Shown: piece after piece, positions 21,422-31,223 of the stretch | How the letters are laid out: every line of letters begins with the position of its first letter | Position numbering within the stretch: the stretch's first letter is position 1 | DNA from: Pseudomonadota bacterium | Lineage (GTDB): Bacteria > Pseudomonadota > Gammaproteobacteria > Burkholderiales > Burkholderiaceae_C | DNA: 64,000 nucleotides | Direction: 5' to 3' | Assembly (NCBI GenBank): GCA_041694945.1 | Contig: JBGFRU010000044.1 | Coordinates: 15,165-79,164, forward strand | Position numbers and translations under genes: made by a program | Notes under the pieces: model-generated | Told to the model about the DNA's origin: nothing | The model's database searches: none | The model's input: only the letters and a program-made list of their open reading frames with translations

Positions 21422-22143
21422 CCCAGTTCGGCAATCAGCGGCAGGTGGTCCGACATGCTGCGCCAGGCCTTGCCGTGCGGCACCTGCGCGTGCAGCAGGC
21501 GCAGGCCGCGCACATACACCCGGTCCAGGTACAGCAGCGGCAGCCGGGCCGGGAAGGTGGGCAGGCGAATGTCCTCGAAGGTGTGCAGGCCCAACAGCGC
21601 CATGGGCTTGTGCAGGCGCTGGTCCCAGTCGTTGAAATCGCCCGCCACCACCAGCGCCTCATGGTCCGGCACGTGCTGCTGCACGAAGCGCCCCAGCGCC
21701 TGCACCTGGCGCGCGCGGCTGGCCGGAATCAGGCTCAGGTGCACCACCACCACATGCACCGGGCGCTGCTGCACCTGCAGCGTGGCGTGCAGCATGCCGC
21801 GGCGCTCGAAGCGCAGGTCGGTCACGTCGTGGTGGCCGTGGCCCAGCACCGGCCAGCGGCTCAGCAGCGCGTTGCCGTGCTCGCCGTGGCGCGTGACCAC
21901 GTTGCTGCGGTAAATGGCCTCGTAGCCTTCGGGCGCCAAAAAATTGGCTTGGTCGCCGGCGGGCCAGTGGGCAAAGGCGCGCTGCATCTTGCGGTTGAGG
22001 CCGCGCACCTCCTGCAGGCAGACCAGATCGGCGTCGAACTGCTCGACCGCGTGCACCAGGTTGTGGATTTCGAGCCGGCGCGCCGGGCCCAGCCCTTGTA
22101 CGCCCTTGTGGATGTTGTAGGTGGCAACGCGCAGCGAGTTCAT
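21412..22143 (-). CDS. endonuclease/exonuclease/phosphatase (EEP) family protein
   Basis: MNSLRVATYNIHKG.., ..DLVCLQEV.., ..SDHLPLIAEL. A 10-nt overlap with clsB mirrors the ybhP-clsB pairing of E. coli. Confidence 0.88.
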   Translation of the reverse strand: MNSLRVATYNIHKGVQGLGPARRLEIHNLVHAVEQFDADLVCLQEVRGLNRKMQRAFAHWPAGDQANFLAPEGYEAIYRSNVVTRHGEHGNALLSRWPVLGHGHHDVTDLRFERRGMLHATLQVQQRPVHVVVVHLSLIPASRARQVQALGRFVQQHVPDHEALVVAGDFNDWDQRLHKPMALLGLHTFEDIRLPTFPARLPLLYLDRVYVRGLRLLHAQVPHGKAWRSMSDHLPLIAELGWP

Positions 22144-22300
22144 GTGCCTATCATGCCAGCAAACTCATGCCAGCAAGCCCTGCTGCAGCGCGGGGGCAGG
22201 CTGCGGCCCTTGGGCTGGGCGCCCTGCGGGGTCGGGCGTTGGCGGGTTCAAGTTCTGGATGCAAGCCGCGCCGGGCGCAAGAATATTTGCGACTGCGCAC

Positions 22301-22327
22301 TCAAGTTTGCGCGCCCGCACCCGAAAA
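22301..22327 (+). promoter_or_regulatory. candidate sigma-28 (FliA) promoter of the first flagellin
   Basis: TCAAGTTT-N11-CCCGAAAA compared with the consensus TAAAGTTT-N11-GCCGATAA. Lies about 108 nt upstream of the fliC ATG. Confidence 0.55.
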
Positions 22328-22435
22328 CCCACATAACGGACTTGCACAGGGGTTCGTCGTCAAGCCAGCATGGGGTTGGTTTTGACCCTCCGGCCCAGCC
22401 GGAGTGATTCGTCACTGCTTCCAAGGAGCTGCATC

Positions 22436-23287
22436 ATGGTCATGTCCATCAACACCAACGTCAACTCGCTCACCGCGCAACGCAACGCCATGGCCACGCA
22501 AAACTCGCTGGCCGTCTCGATGCAACGGCTCTCGTCGGGCTTGCGCGTCAACAGCGCCAAGGACGACGCCGCCGGCTTGGCCATTGCCGAGCGCATGAAC
22601 GTCCAGGTGCGCGGCATGAACGTCGCCATTCGCAACGCCAACGACGGCATCTCGCTGGCGCAAACCGCCGAGGGCGGCTTGGCCACCATGGCCGACATGC
22701 TGCAGCGCATGCGCGAGCTGGCGGTGCAGTCGATCAACTCCACCAACACCTCGGCCGACATCAATGCGCTGAACCAGGAATTCACCCAGTTGCGCGACGA
22801 AGTCAACCGCACCATGAGCGCCGTGCAGTTCAACGGCACCAGCCTCTTTACCACCACCGCCAGCTTCGACTTCCAGGTGGGCGCCAATTCGGGCCAGACC
22901 ATCACCATTGCGGGTACCGCAATCAACCTCGCTGCCACAGGTGGCGGCATGTCGGGTGTGACGCAAGGGACCGGCGCTGCCTCTGGCCTCAATACCACCG
23001 CCAACTCGGCCAACGCAGCCGTGCTGACCACGCTCGATACCGCGATTGCCACCATCAACACCACCCGCGCCACCCTGGGTGCCGTGCAAAGCCGGTTCGA
23101 AAACACCATCAGCTACCTGCGTGGCGCGGTCGAGAACCAAGCTGCAGCCCGTGGCCGCATCATGGACGCCGACTTTGCCGCCGAAACCGCGAACCTGAGC
23201 CGCACGCAAATTCTGCAGCAGGCTGGCACCGCCATGATCGCGCAGGCCAACCAGTTGCCGCAAGGCGTGCTGGCCCTGCTGCGCTGA
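22436..23287 (+). CDS. fliC: flagellin (short, 283 aa)
   Basis: MVMSINTNVNSLTAQRN..LSSGLRVNSAKDDAAGLAIAERM.. at the N-terminus and ..TQILQQAGTAMIAQANQLPQGVLALLR at the C-terminus. AAGGAG lies 7 nt upstream of the ATG. Confidence 0.95.
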   Translation: MVMSINTNVNSLTAQRNAMATQNSLAVSMQRLSSGLRVNSAKDDAAGLAIAERMNVQVRGMNVAIRNANDGISLAQTAEGGLATMADMLQRMRELAVQSINSTNTSADINALNQEFTQLRDEVNRTMSAVQFNGTSLFTTTASFDFQVGANSGQTITIAGTAINLAATGGGMSGVTQGTGAASGLNTTANSANAAVLTTLDTAIATINTTRATLGAVQSRFENTISYLRGAVENQAAARGRIMDADFAAETANLSRTQILQQAGTAMIAQANQLPQGVLALLR

Positions 23288-23322
23288 AGGGGCGCGGGCG
23301 CATCAGCTCAAGGCTTGATCGG

Positions 23323-23356
23323 GGCCGGCTGGCAACAGCCGGCCTTGGCGCTTGTT
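23323..23356 (+). terminator. possible intrinsic terminator after fliC
   Basis: GGCCGGCTG-gcaa-CAGCCGGCC hairpin followed by ttggcgcttgtt. The U tract is weak. Confidence 0.35.
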
Positions 23357-23511
23357 GCGCGCCAGCGCCAAGCTGGCCGGCTGGCCTTGGACGCCAGTCG
23401 GCAAAACTGAGCTTGGAGCCAGCCCCTTTTTCGACTTGGCCACGGCGGCAGGAACTGCTATAAACAAGCGTTGGCGCCCCCTTCGCCTCAACCTCCCTGC
23501 AGGAGTGCACC

Positions 23512-24969
23512 ATGGCCCTCTCATCTCCCGGCATCGGCAGCGGCCTCGATGTCAACGCCATCGTCAACCAGTTGGTGGCGCTGGAGCGGCGCCCGATCCA
23601 GCAACTGCAAACCCTGGCCAGCGGCCTGCAGACGCGCATTTCGGCCTACGCCAGCGTGCGTTCCGACCTTGCCGCCCTGCAAGACGCCGCCAACCGCCTG
23701 CTCGACCCGGGCCTGTGGGGCACGCGCAGCTTCAGCTCCAGCAACGCCCAGGCCGTCGGCGGCAGCGCGGCGGCTTCGGCCCTGGTGGGCAACTTCTCGG
23801 TGCAGGTGGCAAGGTTGGCGCAAACCCAGGGCGCGGTCAGCAGCGCGCGCGCCATCGACACGCCCCTGGGAGCCGACGGCACGCTCGACATCCGCGTCGG
23901 CACCTGGAGCGGCAACGCCTTTGCCGGCGGCGCAGCGGTGTCGGTGGCGGTGCAGGCCGCTGACACCTTGACCACGCTGGCGCAGCGCATCAACAGCACC
24001 CCGAACGTGGGCGTGAGCGCCTTGGTGGTGCGCAGCGGCGGGCAGGAACAGCTCTTGTTGCGCAGCAGCAACACCGGAGCCGCAGCGGGTTTTGAGGTGC
24101 GCGCGCGCGACGCCGGCGGCGCTCCCGTGACCGACGGCACCAGCGCCCTGGGCGCCCTGAACCACTTCCACAGCGGCACAACACTGGTGGGCATGAGCCG
24201 CACCCAAGACGCGCTCGACGCCCAGTTCAGTCTCGACGGCATTGCGCTCAATTCGCCCACCAACACCGTGCGCGACCCGGTGCCCGGCATCACGCTCAAC
24301 CTGCTCGCCCCCACCACGCCCAGTCTGCCCGGCAGCCCAGCCACGGCGGCGCAGGTATCGGTGCAAGAAAACAACACCGTGGTGCGCGAAGCGATTGAAG
24401 CTTTTCGCAGCGCCTTCAACCGCATCCAGTCCACCCTGGCCAACCTGACCCGGGTGGACCCTGCCGGGCGCAACAATGGCCCGCTGCAAGGCGACGCCAC
24501 CGCCATCGGGCTGCAGAACATGCTGCGCCAGATGGTCGGCAGCCCGGGCGGGCCGGCAGGCGCGGCCTTGGGCCGACTGAGCGACATGGGACTGCAACTG
24601 CAGCGCGACGGCAGCCTGAGCGTCAACAGCGCCCGGCTCGACGCCGCACTGCAAAACCCCAGCGGCCTGCGCAGCTTGCTCGCCGATGTGGCCAGCGGCT
24701 CCAACCCGCCTGGCGTGGCGCGGCGCATTCGCGACTTTGCGCTCGCCGCCAACGGCATCGACGGCGCCGTCACCGGGCGCAACAACGCCTTGCAAGCTGC
24801 GGTCGAGCGCAAGCAGGACCGCATCGAACAGATGGAAGAACGCGTGGCGCGCACCCGCGCCAACCTGCTGGCGCAGTACAGCCGACTCGACACCTCGCTG
24901 GGCGCCATCAACGGCCTGGGTGCCTTCGTCAACCAGCAACTGGCGCAGTGGAACCGCAGCAGCGGCTGA
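23512..24969 (+). CDS. fliD: flagellar filament cap protein (HAP2)
   Basis: MALSSPGIGSGLDVNAIVNQLVALERRPIQQLQ.. and a C-terminal ..RYSRLDTSLGAINGL.. pattern. Confidence 0.93.
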   Translation: MALSSPGIGSGLDVNAIVNQLVALERRPIQQLQTLASGLQTRISAYASVRSDLAALQDAANRLLDPGLWGTRSFSSSNAQAVGGSAAASALVGNFSVQVARLAQTQGAVSSARAIDTPLGADGTLDIRVGTWSGNAFAGGAAVSVAVQAADTLTTLAQRINSTPNVGVSALVVRSGGQEQLLLRSSNTGAAAGFEVRARDAGGAPVTDGTSALGALNHFHSGTTLVGMSRTQDALDAQFSLDGIALNSPTNTVRDPVPGITLNLLAPTTPSLPGSPATAAQVSVQENNTVVREAIEAFRSAFNRIQSTLANLTRVDPAGRNNGPLQGDATAIGLQNMLRQMVGSPGGPAGAALGRLSDMGLQLQRDGSLSVNSARLDAALQNPSGLRSLLADVASGSNPPGVARRIRDFALAANGIDGAVTGRNNALQAAVERKQDRIEQMEERVARTRANLLAQYSRLDTSLGAINGLGAFVNQQLAQWNRSSG

Positions 24970-25010
24970 TGGCATAGCGGCGCGCACAAGCGCACAAATA
25001 CCCCGCGAGT

Positions 25011-25035
25011 GCCCCGTTTATCGGGGCTTTGTGTT
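25011..25035 (+). terminator. intrinsic terminator after fliD
   Basis: GCCCCG-tttat-CGGGGC hairpin followed by tttgtgtt. Confidence 0.55.
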
Positions 25036-25152
25036 GCTTGCGGCTGGCCACAATTGCTCCAACACCCGGTGAGTCTGGTTGCAGCGGCAACCGCTTCCAG
25101 CCGAGTGGATTGAACCCTCAAGCCTCAATCGCAATTCCACCGGAGCATCCCC

Positions 25153-26016
25153 ATGGCCATGACCATCAACACCAACGTCATGTCGCTCAATGCGCAGCGC
25201 AACACCGTCAATACCCAGAACCAGATGGCGACGACGATGCAGCGCCTCTCATCGGGCCTGCGCGTCAACAGCGCCAAGGACGACGCTGCTGGCCTAGCCA
25301 TTGCCGAACGCATGAACACCCAGGTGCGCGGCATGAATGTCGCCATCCGCAACGCCAACGACGGCATCTCGCTCGCGCAGGTAGCGGAAGGCGGCTTGGC
25401 CACCATGGCCGAAATGCTGCAACGCATGCGCGAGCTCGCCGTGCAAGCCATCAACTCCACCAACACCACCGGCACCGACGGCGACCTGGGGGCGCTGAAC
25501 CAGGAGTTCACGCAGTTGCGCGAAGAAGTCAACCGCACCATCAACGCGGTGCAGTTCAACGGCACCAACCTCTTTACCACCACCGCCAGCTTCGACTTCC
25601 AGGTGGGGGCCAATTCGGGCCAGACGATCACCATTGCCGGCACGGCGCTCAACATCAACGCCAGCACCGGCGGCATGTCGGGTGTGACGCAAACCACCGG
25701 GGTGGCATCGAGCCTGAACACCTCTGCCAACTCGGCCAACGCCGCCGTCCTGACGGCGCTGGATTCGGCCATCGGCACCATCAACGCCACCCGCGCCACG
25801 CTGGGTGCGGTGCAAAGCCGGTTCGAAAACACCATCAGCTACCTGCGCACTGCAGTGGAAAACCAGGCCGCCGCGCGTGGGCGCATCATGGATGCCGACT
25901 TTGCCGCCGAAACCGCCAACCTGAGCCGCACACAAATCCTGCAACAGGCCGGAACCGCTATGATCGCGCAAGCCAACCAGATTCCGCAGGGTGTGCTGCG
26001 GCTGTTGCAAGGCTGA
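25153..26016 (+). CDS. fliC: flagellin paralogue (287 aa)
   Basis: MAMTINTNVMSLNAQRN..LSSGLRVNSAKDDAAGLAIAERM.. through ..IAQANQIPQGVLRLLQG. Roughly 85-90% identical by eye to the first copy over the conserved N-terminal stretch I compared. Confidence 0.95.
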   Translation: MAMTINTNVMSLNAQRNTVNTQNQMATTMQRLSSGLRVNSAKDDAAGLAIAERMNTQVRGMNVAIRNANDGISLAQVAEGGLATMAEMLQRMRELAVQAINSTNTTGTDGDLGALNQEFTQLREEVNRTINAVQFNGTNLFTTTASFDFQVGANSGQTITIAGTALNINASTGGMSGVTQTTGVASSLNTSANSANAAVLTALDSAIGTINATRATLGAVQSRFENTISYLRTAVENQAAARGRIMDADFAAETANLSRTQILQQAGTAMIAQANQIPQGVLRLLQG

Positions 26017-26072
26017 AGATGGTCAATCTGCACTAATCTCATGCCGGTGCGGGGCGCTGGCCGATCATCTGG

Positions 26073-29000
26073 ATGCACGAACCCATGAAAAAAACGCTGG
26101 CTCGCTTGCTCGATCTTCCCACCAGTGCGTCCAGCTACCGTGTATCAGCCCATCCCTATTACATCGTCGCGCCCGACTACGCCGAAAGCTCGGCGGGCGT
26201 GCGCTTGCTGCACGAGTTGTGCAGCCTGCTCAACCAGATCGGCTATCCGGCTTACATTGCTGCGGCGCGCACCGACGGCACGCTGTGGACGCCGCAACTG
26301 ACACCGGCCATCAAGCTGGCACACTGGCAGGCGCACAAGGTGCCGATCGTGGTCTATCCCGAGGTATCGGCCAGCCACGCCATGGAACTGGGTCTGCCGG
26401 TTCGATTTTTGCTCTACTATCCCGGCGTACACGGCGGCCCCAAATCCTTCGACGCCGACACGCTGGTGTTCAAACTCGGTGCCGACGTGCTCTACCCCGG
26501 CGGGCACGGCCTGGAACTGCCAACCATCAAGACCGAGCTGTTTTGCCCCCCCCAGGAGCCCAAGCCACGCGACCGGGTGCTCTACTACTACAACCGCTAC
26601 AGCGGCAAAGTGCGCGATTTCGGCCCCAACGCAACCGAAATATCACCTAAAAAACCCAAAACCCTGGCCGAAACGGCGGCACTCTACCAAAGCGCCAGCG
26701 TGCTCTACTGCTACGAATACTCCACCGCGGCGCAGGAGGCGCGGCTGTGCGGCTGCCCAGTGGTGTACCTGCCCAACCCAGAGTCCTTGCCCAAGCTTGA
26801 CCCGATCATCGGCTTCTGGGGCATGAATGGCGTCGCTTGGGGCGACGAACCGGAAGCCGTGCTGCAAGCGCGTGCCAGCGTGCATCTGTTTGCCAGCGAT
26901 TACGCCCAGCGCCTGGCCCACTGGCACCAAGACGTGCTGCACTTCGTAGAAAGCACCCAATCCGCCGCCGCCGCCCTGCCCTTCGAGCGCGCCTGGCCCC
27001 AAGCCACCCTCGACCGCCTGCCCGGCGTTTACACCACCGCCACCGACCTGGCGGCGCGCGCCGACCGCCTGCACTGGCAGACCCTGCACAAGCAGTACGC
27101 CCAGTGGTGCCAGCGCAGCTCGCTGCGTGAGATCGACGCCGACATTTACGCCGAGCACCTGGCCGCAGGCCGGGTGCAGCCGCTGAGCGTGGTCATCGAC
27201 CAGCGCGGTGCCGGCACCGACGCGCTGGCCGACACGCTCGACAGCCTGAGCCAATGCCTGGGCCAGCCTGCGGCGCTGCACATCGTGGCGCACGAACCGG
27301 CGCCAGCGGCCCTGACCGACGCCCCCGGCGTTGCCTGGCACCAGCTGGCGGCTGGCGGGTCTTTGGCGGCACTGGAGCTGCACAGCGCCTGGACGCTGCT
27401 GCTGCGCAGCGGCACCCGCTTGAGCCCGCGCGCTCTGATCGAATGGGGTCTGGCACCGGCGCAGTTCCCCCAAGCCGTGCTCATCTACGCCGACGAAGAC
27501 CTGCAACACCCCGACGAGCAGCAGCGCTACCCGTTTTTCAAACCCGACGCCAACGTCGAGCTGCTGCGCTGCATCAATTACCTTGGCCCGGCCGTGGCGC
27601 TGCACACCGAGGTCTGGCAGCAACTCGGCGCACCCCTGCCCGGTGCCGAGCTGTACGCTGCCGCGCTGGCGCTGCTGCAGCAGCACGGCCGCGCGGCGCT
27701 GGGCCACATCAGCACCGTGCTGGCGCACGCCGCACCGGACGCAGCTTGCGCCGCCCAGGAAGCGCGCGAGTTCGACGCCGTGCAGGCGCTGCTCGTGCCC
27801 AGCGTGGCTTCGCGCCTGCAACCCCTGCCGCGCCTGGGCACCTGGCTGCCCGAGCACGCGCTGCACGGCCAGCCACAGGTCTCGCTGGTGGTGCCCAGCG
27901 GCTTGCAGACCGGTTATCTGCGCAGCCTGCTGCAAGCCACGGCCAAACTCGACGACCTGCCACTGCATGAAGTGATCGTGGTCTGCCAGCAGGCACAGGC
28001 CGACGAAGTGGCGCTCGCTTGCGCGGGCAGCGTGCGCGTGCCCCTGCACTGCGTCACCCTGCCCGATGGCGAATACCAACACGCCGCCGCACTCAACGCC
28101 GGCGTGGCGCGTGCCAGCGGCGAGTTCGTACTGATCTGCGACGACGACACCGAGGCGCTGCACGCCGGCTGGCTGGCGCGGCTGGTGGCGATCGCGCAGC
28201 AAAGCGACGTCGGTCTGGTGGCTCCGCGCCTGCTATCGTCCAAAGACCGCGACCCCAAGGTGGTGGGCGGGCCGGTGCTGCTGGGCATCCAGGGGCTGGC
28301 GGCGAGCTACTGTGGCCAGGAGCAGTGGCTAGACGAAGCCGGCGTCTATTCGCGCCTGCAACTGACGCAGGACTGCAGCGCCGTGGCCGGCCACTGCTTC
28401 GTGCTGCGCAAAGCGCACTGGGAGCGCGTGGGCGGCCTGCGCGCCGAGCGCTATCCGCTCTACTTGCCGGTGCTCGACCTGTGCCTGCGCCTGAGCGCGC
28501 TCGGGCTGCGCCACGTCTGGACGCCCTTGAGCAACTGGGTACACCACGGCGGCAAGACGCTCGAGCAGCGCCGCCACGACATCCACGACAAGGTGCGCCT
28601 GATCGATCAGGAACTGGCCGAACGCCAGCAGTTGCTCGCCGACTGGGCCGCCGAGCTGGCGCACGACCCCCACTACAACCGGCAGCTGTCGCTGCTCAAA
28701 CCCTTTGACATCGAAGCCGACATCGTGATCGACTGGAACCCGCAGCGGCGCGACCGGCCGCGGGTGCTGGCGCTGCCGCTGCGCAGCGGGGCCGGCCAGT
28801 ACCGGGTGGTCGAACCGCTCAACGCGCTCCAGGACGCCGGACTGGTGCAAAGCTGCGTCGTCATGCCCTTGCCCGGCGGCGCCAGCCGGGTGCTGCAGCC
28901 GCTCGAACTGCGCCGTGCCGAACCCGATCTGCTGGTGCTGCAGCACTCGGTGGACGACGCGCAGCTCAACCAGGTGCGCCACTACAAAAGCACCGCCCCA

Positions 29001-29777
29001 AGCATACCCATCGTGCAGATGGTCGATGACCTGTTGGGCGAAGTGCCCGAGAAACACCCCAACCGCGTGTTCCAGAGTCGCGAAGGGCACCAACGCATGG
29101 TGCACGCCTTGCGCGCCAGCGACCGCCTGATCGTCACCACGGCAGCGCTGCAGCAGCACTACGGCCAGTACCTGAGCGATGTGCGGCTGGTGCCCAACAG
29201 CCTCGACACCCAGTGGTTTGGGCTCGAACCCAAGCGCAACCCGCCCGGGGCGCGGCTGCGCATCGGCTGGGTCGGGGCCGGCCAGCACCAGGGCGATCTG
29301 GAACTGATCGAGCCCGTCGTAGCCGAGTTTGCATCCGAGGTTGACTGGGTGTTTATGGGCATGTGCACCGACGGCATCCGGCCCCACCTCAAAGAGTTTC
29401 ATGGCTTCGTCTCGATCGCCGACTACCCGGCCAAAATGGCCAGCCTGGGGCTGGACATCGCCATCGCGCCGCTCGAAGACAACCTGTTCAACCGCTGCAA
29501 GAGCAACCTGCGCCTGCTCGAATACGGCGCCATGGGCTGGGCGGTGGCGTGCTCCGATGTCGCCACTTACCGCACCGATGAGCCTCCGGTGCTGCGCTGC
29601 GCCAGCCTCGACGACTGGCGTGCCGCGCTGCGCCGGCTCATCGACCAGCCCGACGAACGCGCCCGCCTGGGCGCTGCCTTGCACCTCTGGGTGCAGCGCA
29701 ACTACGCCTTGCGCGGCTTGCAGCAGCGCTGGTTCGAAGCCTTGTTTGCCCCCACTCCTGAGGCCCCACAGCCATGA
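26073..29777 (+). CDS. giant multidomain glycosyltransferase (unknown N-terminal domain + GT2-like modules + GT1/GT-B-like C-terminal domain); putative flagellin glycosyltransferase
   Basis: 1234 aa. GT2 signature VSLVVPSG..NAGVARASGEFVLICDDDTEAL, and a second degenerate GT-A-like block LSVVIDQRG. The C-terminal region (RIGWVGAGQHQGDLELI.., NRCKSNLRLLEYGAMGW) resembles the GT-B fold. Sits directly after a flagellin gene. Confidence 0.75.
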   Translation: MHEPMKKTLARLLDLPTSASSYRVSAHPYYIVAPDYAESSAGVRLLHELCSLLNQIGYPAYIAAARTDGTLWTPQLTPAIKLAHWQAHKVPIVVYPEVSASHAMELGLPVRFLLYYPGVHGGPKSFDADTLVFKLGADVLYPGGHGLELPTIKTELFCPPQEPKPRDRVLYYYNRYSGKVRDFGPNATEISPKKPKTLAETAALYQSASVLYCYEYSTAAQEARLCGCPVVYLPNPESLPKLDPIIGFWGMNGVAWGDEPEAVLQARASVHLFASDYAQRLAHWHQDVLHFVESTQSAAAALPFERAWPQATLDRLPGVYTTATDLAARADRLHWQTLHKQYAQWCQRSSLREIDADIYAEHLAAGRVQPLSVVIDQRGAGTDALADTLDSLSQCLGQPAALHIVAHEPAPAALTDAPGVAWHQLAAGGSLAALELHSAWTLLLRSGTRLSPRALIEWGLAPAQFPQAVLIYADEDLQHPDEQQRYPFFKPDANVELLRCINYLGPAVALHTEVWQQLGAPLPGAELYAAALALLQQHGRAALGHISTVLAHAAPDAACAAQEAREFDAVQALLVPSVASRLQPLPRLGTWLPEHALHGQPQVSLVVPSGLQTGYLRSLLQATAKLDDLPLHEVIVVCQQAQADEVALACAGSVRVPLHCVTLPDGEYQHAAALNAGVARASGEFVLICDDDTEALHAGWLARLVAIAQQSDVGLVAPRLLSSKDRDPKVVGGPVLLGIQGLAASYCGQEQWLDEAGVYSRLQLTQDCSAVAGHCFVLRKAHWERVGGLRAERYPLYLPVLDLCLRLSALGLRHVWTPLSNWVHHGGKTLEQRRHDIHDKVRLIDQELAERQQLLADWAAELAHDPHYNRQLSLLKPFDIEADIVIDWNPQRRDRPRVLALPLRSGAGQYRVVEPLNALQDAGLVQSCVVMPLPGGASRVLQPLELRRAEPDLLVLQHSVDDAQLNQVRHYKSTAPSIPIVQMVDDLLGEVPEKHPNRVFQSREGHQRMVHALRASDRLIVTTAALQQHYGQYLSDVRLVPNSLDTQWFGLEPKRNPPGARLRIGWVGAGQHQGDLELIEPVVAEFASEVDWVFMGMCTDGIRPHLKEFHGFVSIADYPAKMASLGLDIAIAPLEDNLFNRCKSNLRLLEYGAMGWAVACSDVATYRTDEPPVLRCASLDDWRAALRRLIDQPDERARLGAALHLWVQRNYALRGLQQRWFEALFAPTPEAPQP

Positions 29778-30553
29778 AAGTCTGCCAATGCGACCGCCAG
29801 TATTTTTACCAGATCTTGGGCGTGGCATTTACGGCACTGAAACAACTGCCACGCGTTGCCGAACTGGGTGTGTTGCGCGGTGAAAACGCGGCCCGGCTCT
29901 ACGAGGCGCTCAAACCTCAGAGCCTGTTGCTGGTGGATCCCTGGAGCAGCGCCGCCACCGCGCTGGCCACGCAAAGCTTTGACGACGCGGTGCCTTGGAT
30001 CGATCCACCCCAAGCCTACTCCTCGTACTACGGCGGCGATCTGGCAGACCAGGCCACTTTTGATCGACTCCACGAGGAATGCCGGGTGCGTTTCGCCGCC
30101 CACCCCAATGTCGAAATCATGCGCTTGAGCACTGCCGCCGCCATCAAGGCCTTGAAGCAGCGCGCCGAGCCGCCGCTGGACCTGATCTATATCGACGCCA
30201 ACCACCAATACGAGTGGATTTTGCGCGATCTGCTGGAGTGGAGCGAGCTGTGCGCGCCCGACGGCGTGCTCATGCTCAACGACTGCTGCCACAGCCCGGC
30301 CGGGGTGCGACAGAACCTGGGCGTGCTCGAGGCCGTGAGCGCCTTTGTCAAGCGCAGCCCATTCATCCCGGTGCTGCTGACCCACACCGATTGGTCCGAC
30401 CTGGTCCTGTGCCGCAGTGCCGGCGTCATGGAGCTTTTGCTCGACCAAGTGGTGCGCAGCATCGACTTGCGCTACGTCGAGGTGCCGCACCAGCTCCTGC
30501 CGGCGGCGCGTGTGGTTCAATCGGCCCATGGCATCAACATCAGCTTCAAGTGA
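29774..30553 (+). CDS. class I SAM-dependent methyltransferase (TylF/CmcI-like sugar O-methyltransferase type)
   Basis: VAELGVLRGENA.. (G-x-G-like motif I) and LIYIDANHQYEW... ATGA overlap with the glycosyltransferase stop. Confidence 0.7.
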   Translation: MKVCQCDRQYFYQILGVAFTALKQLPRVAELGVLRGENAARLYEALKPQSLLLVDPWSSAATALATQSFDDAVPWIDPPQAYSSYYGGDLADQATFDRLHEECRVRFAAHPNVEIMRLSTAAAIKALKQRAEPPLDLIYIDANHQYEWILRDLLEWSELCAPDGVLMLNDCCHSPAGVRQNLGVLEAVSAFVKRSPFIPVLLTHTDWSDLVLCRSAGVMELLLDQVVRSIDLRYVEVPHQLLPAARVVQSAHGINISFK

Positions 30554-31223
30554 GCCCATACCCTGGGCACGCCCCACCCCTTGGGACGCTTTGATTCTGG
30601 GCTGCCCGACTTTTGAGCTCTGCGATGCAAATGCCGCCACCTTGCTGCGCGCCTCGCAGCAGCCGGGCCACTACACGGTGCGCGTCGATCCGCTGGCCTG
30701 CACCCAAGCGCTGCACAACCACGGCTTCTACTACTGCGACACGCTGATCGAGCCCTACTGCCGGCCCGATTGGCTGCGCGAGCATCCCCACCCAGAGGTC
30801 GGTTTGCTGCCCCACCCCCCCCTGAACGAACTGTTGGCCATCGCCAGCGGGGCTTTTGTCCATGGCCGCTTTCACCGCGACCCCCGCATCGGCCGCGCAC
30901 AGGCCGAGGCACGCTACGCTCGGTGGCTCGAGCAACTGCACGCCAGCGGCAAAGTCTGGGGTCTGACCTGGCAGCAGGACTTGCAGGCCTTTGTTGCAGT
31001 TGAGGGCAACCAATTGGTGCTGCATGCCACGGCCAGCCATGCACGTGGCCAAGGCAAATCGAAATTCCTTTGGTCAGCTTTGTGTCGCCTGCTCTTCGAG
31101 CGTGGCCACGCTGAAGTGCGCAGCTCGATTTCGGCCAGCAACCTGGCCGTGCTCAATCTCTACGCCTCCCTCGGGTTCAAGTTCCGCCATGCACTAGACA
31201 TCTACCACCGTCTGACGCCATGA
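30528..31223 (+). CDS. WecD-like dTDP-4-amino-4,6-dideoxyhexose N-acyltransferase (GNAT)
   Basis: About 231 aa. ..FVHGRFHRDPRIGRAQAEARYARWLEQ.. resembles the WecD/RffC core. GNAT C-terminus ..GQGKSKFLW..SNLAVLNLYASLGF. Followed by a WecE-like gene, as in the wecD-wecE pair. Confidence 0.7.
   Translation: MASTSASSEPIPWARPTPWDALILGCPTFELCDANAATLLRASQQPGHYTVRVDPLACTQALHNHGFYYCDTLIEPYCRPDWLREHPHPEVGLLPHPPLNELLAIASGAFVHGRFHRDPRIGRAQAEARYARWLEQLHASGKVWGLTWQQDLQAFVAVEGNQLVLHATASHARGQGKSKFLWSALCRLLFERGHAEVRSSISASNLAVLNLYASLGFKFRHALDIYHRLTP

Noticed and set aside
25045-25057. Sigma-54-like motif TGGCCACAATTGC upstream of fliC'
   Set aside because: The GG-to-GC spacing is 2 nt shorter than the invariant -24/-12 spacing, so it is unlikely to be functional.
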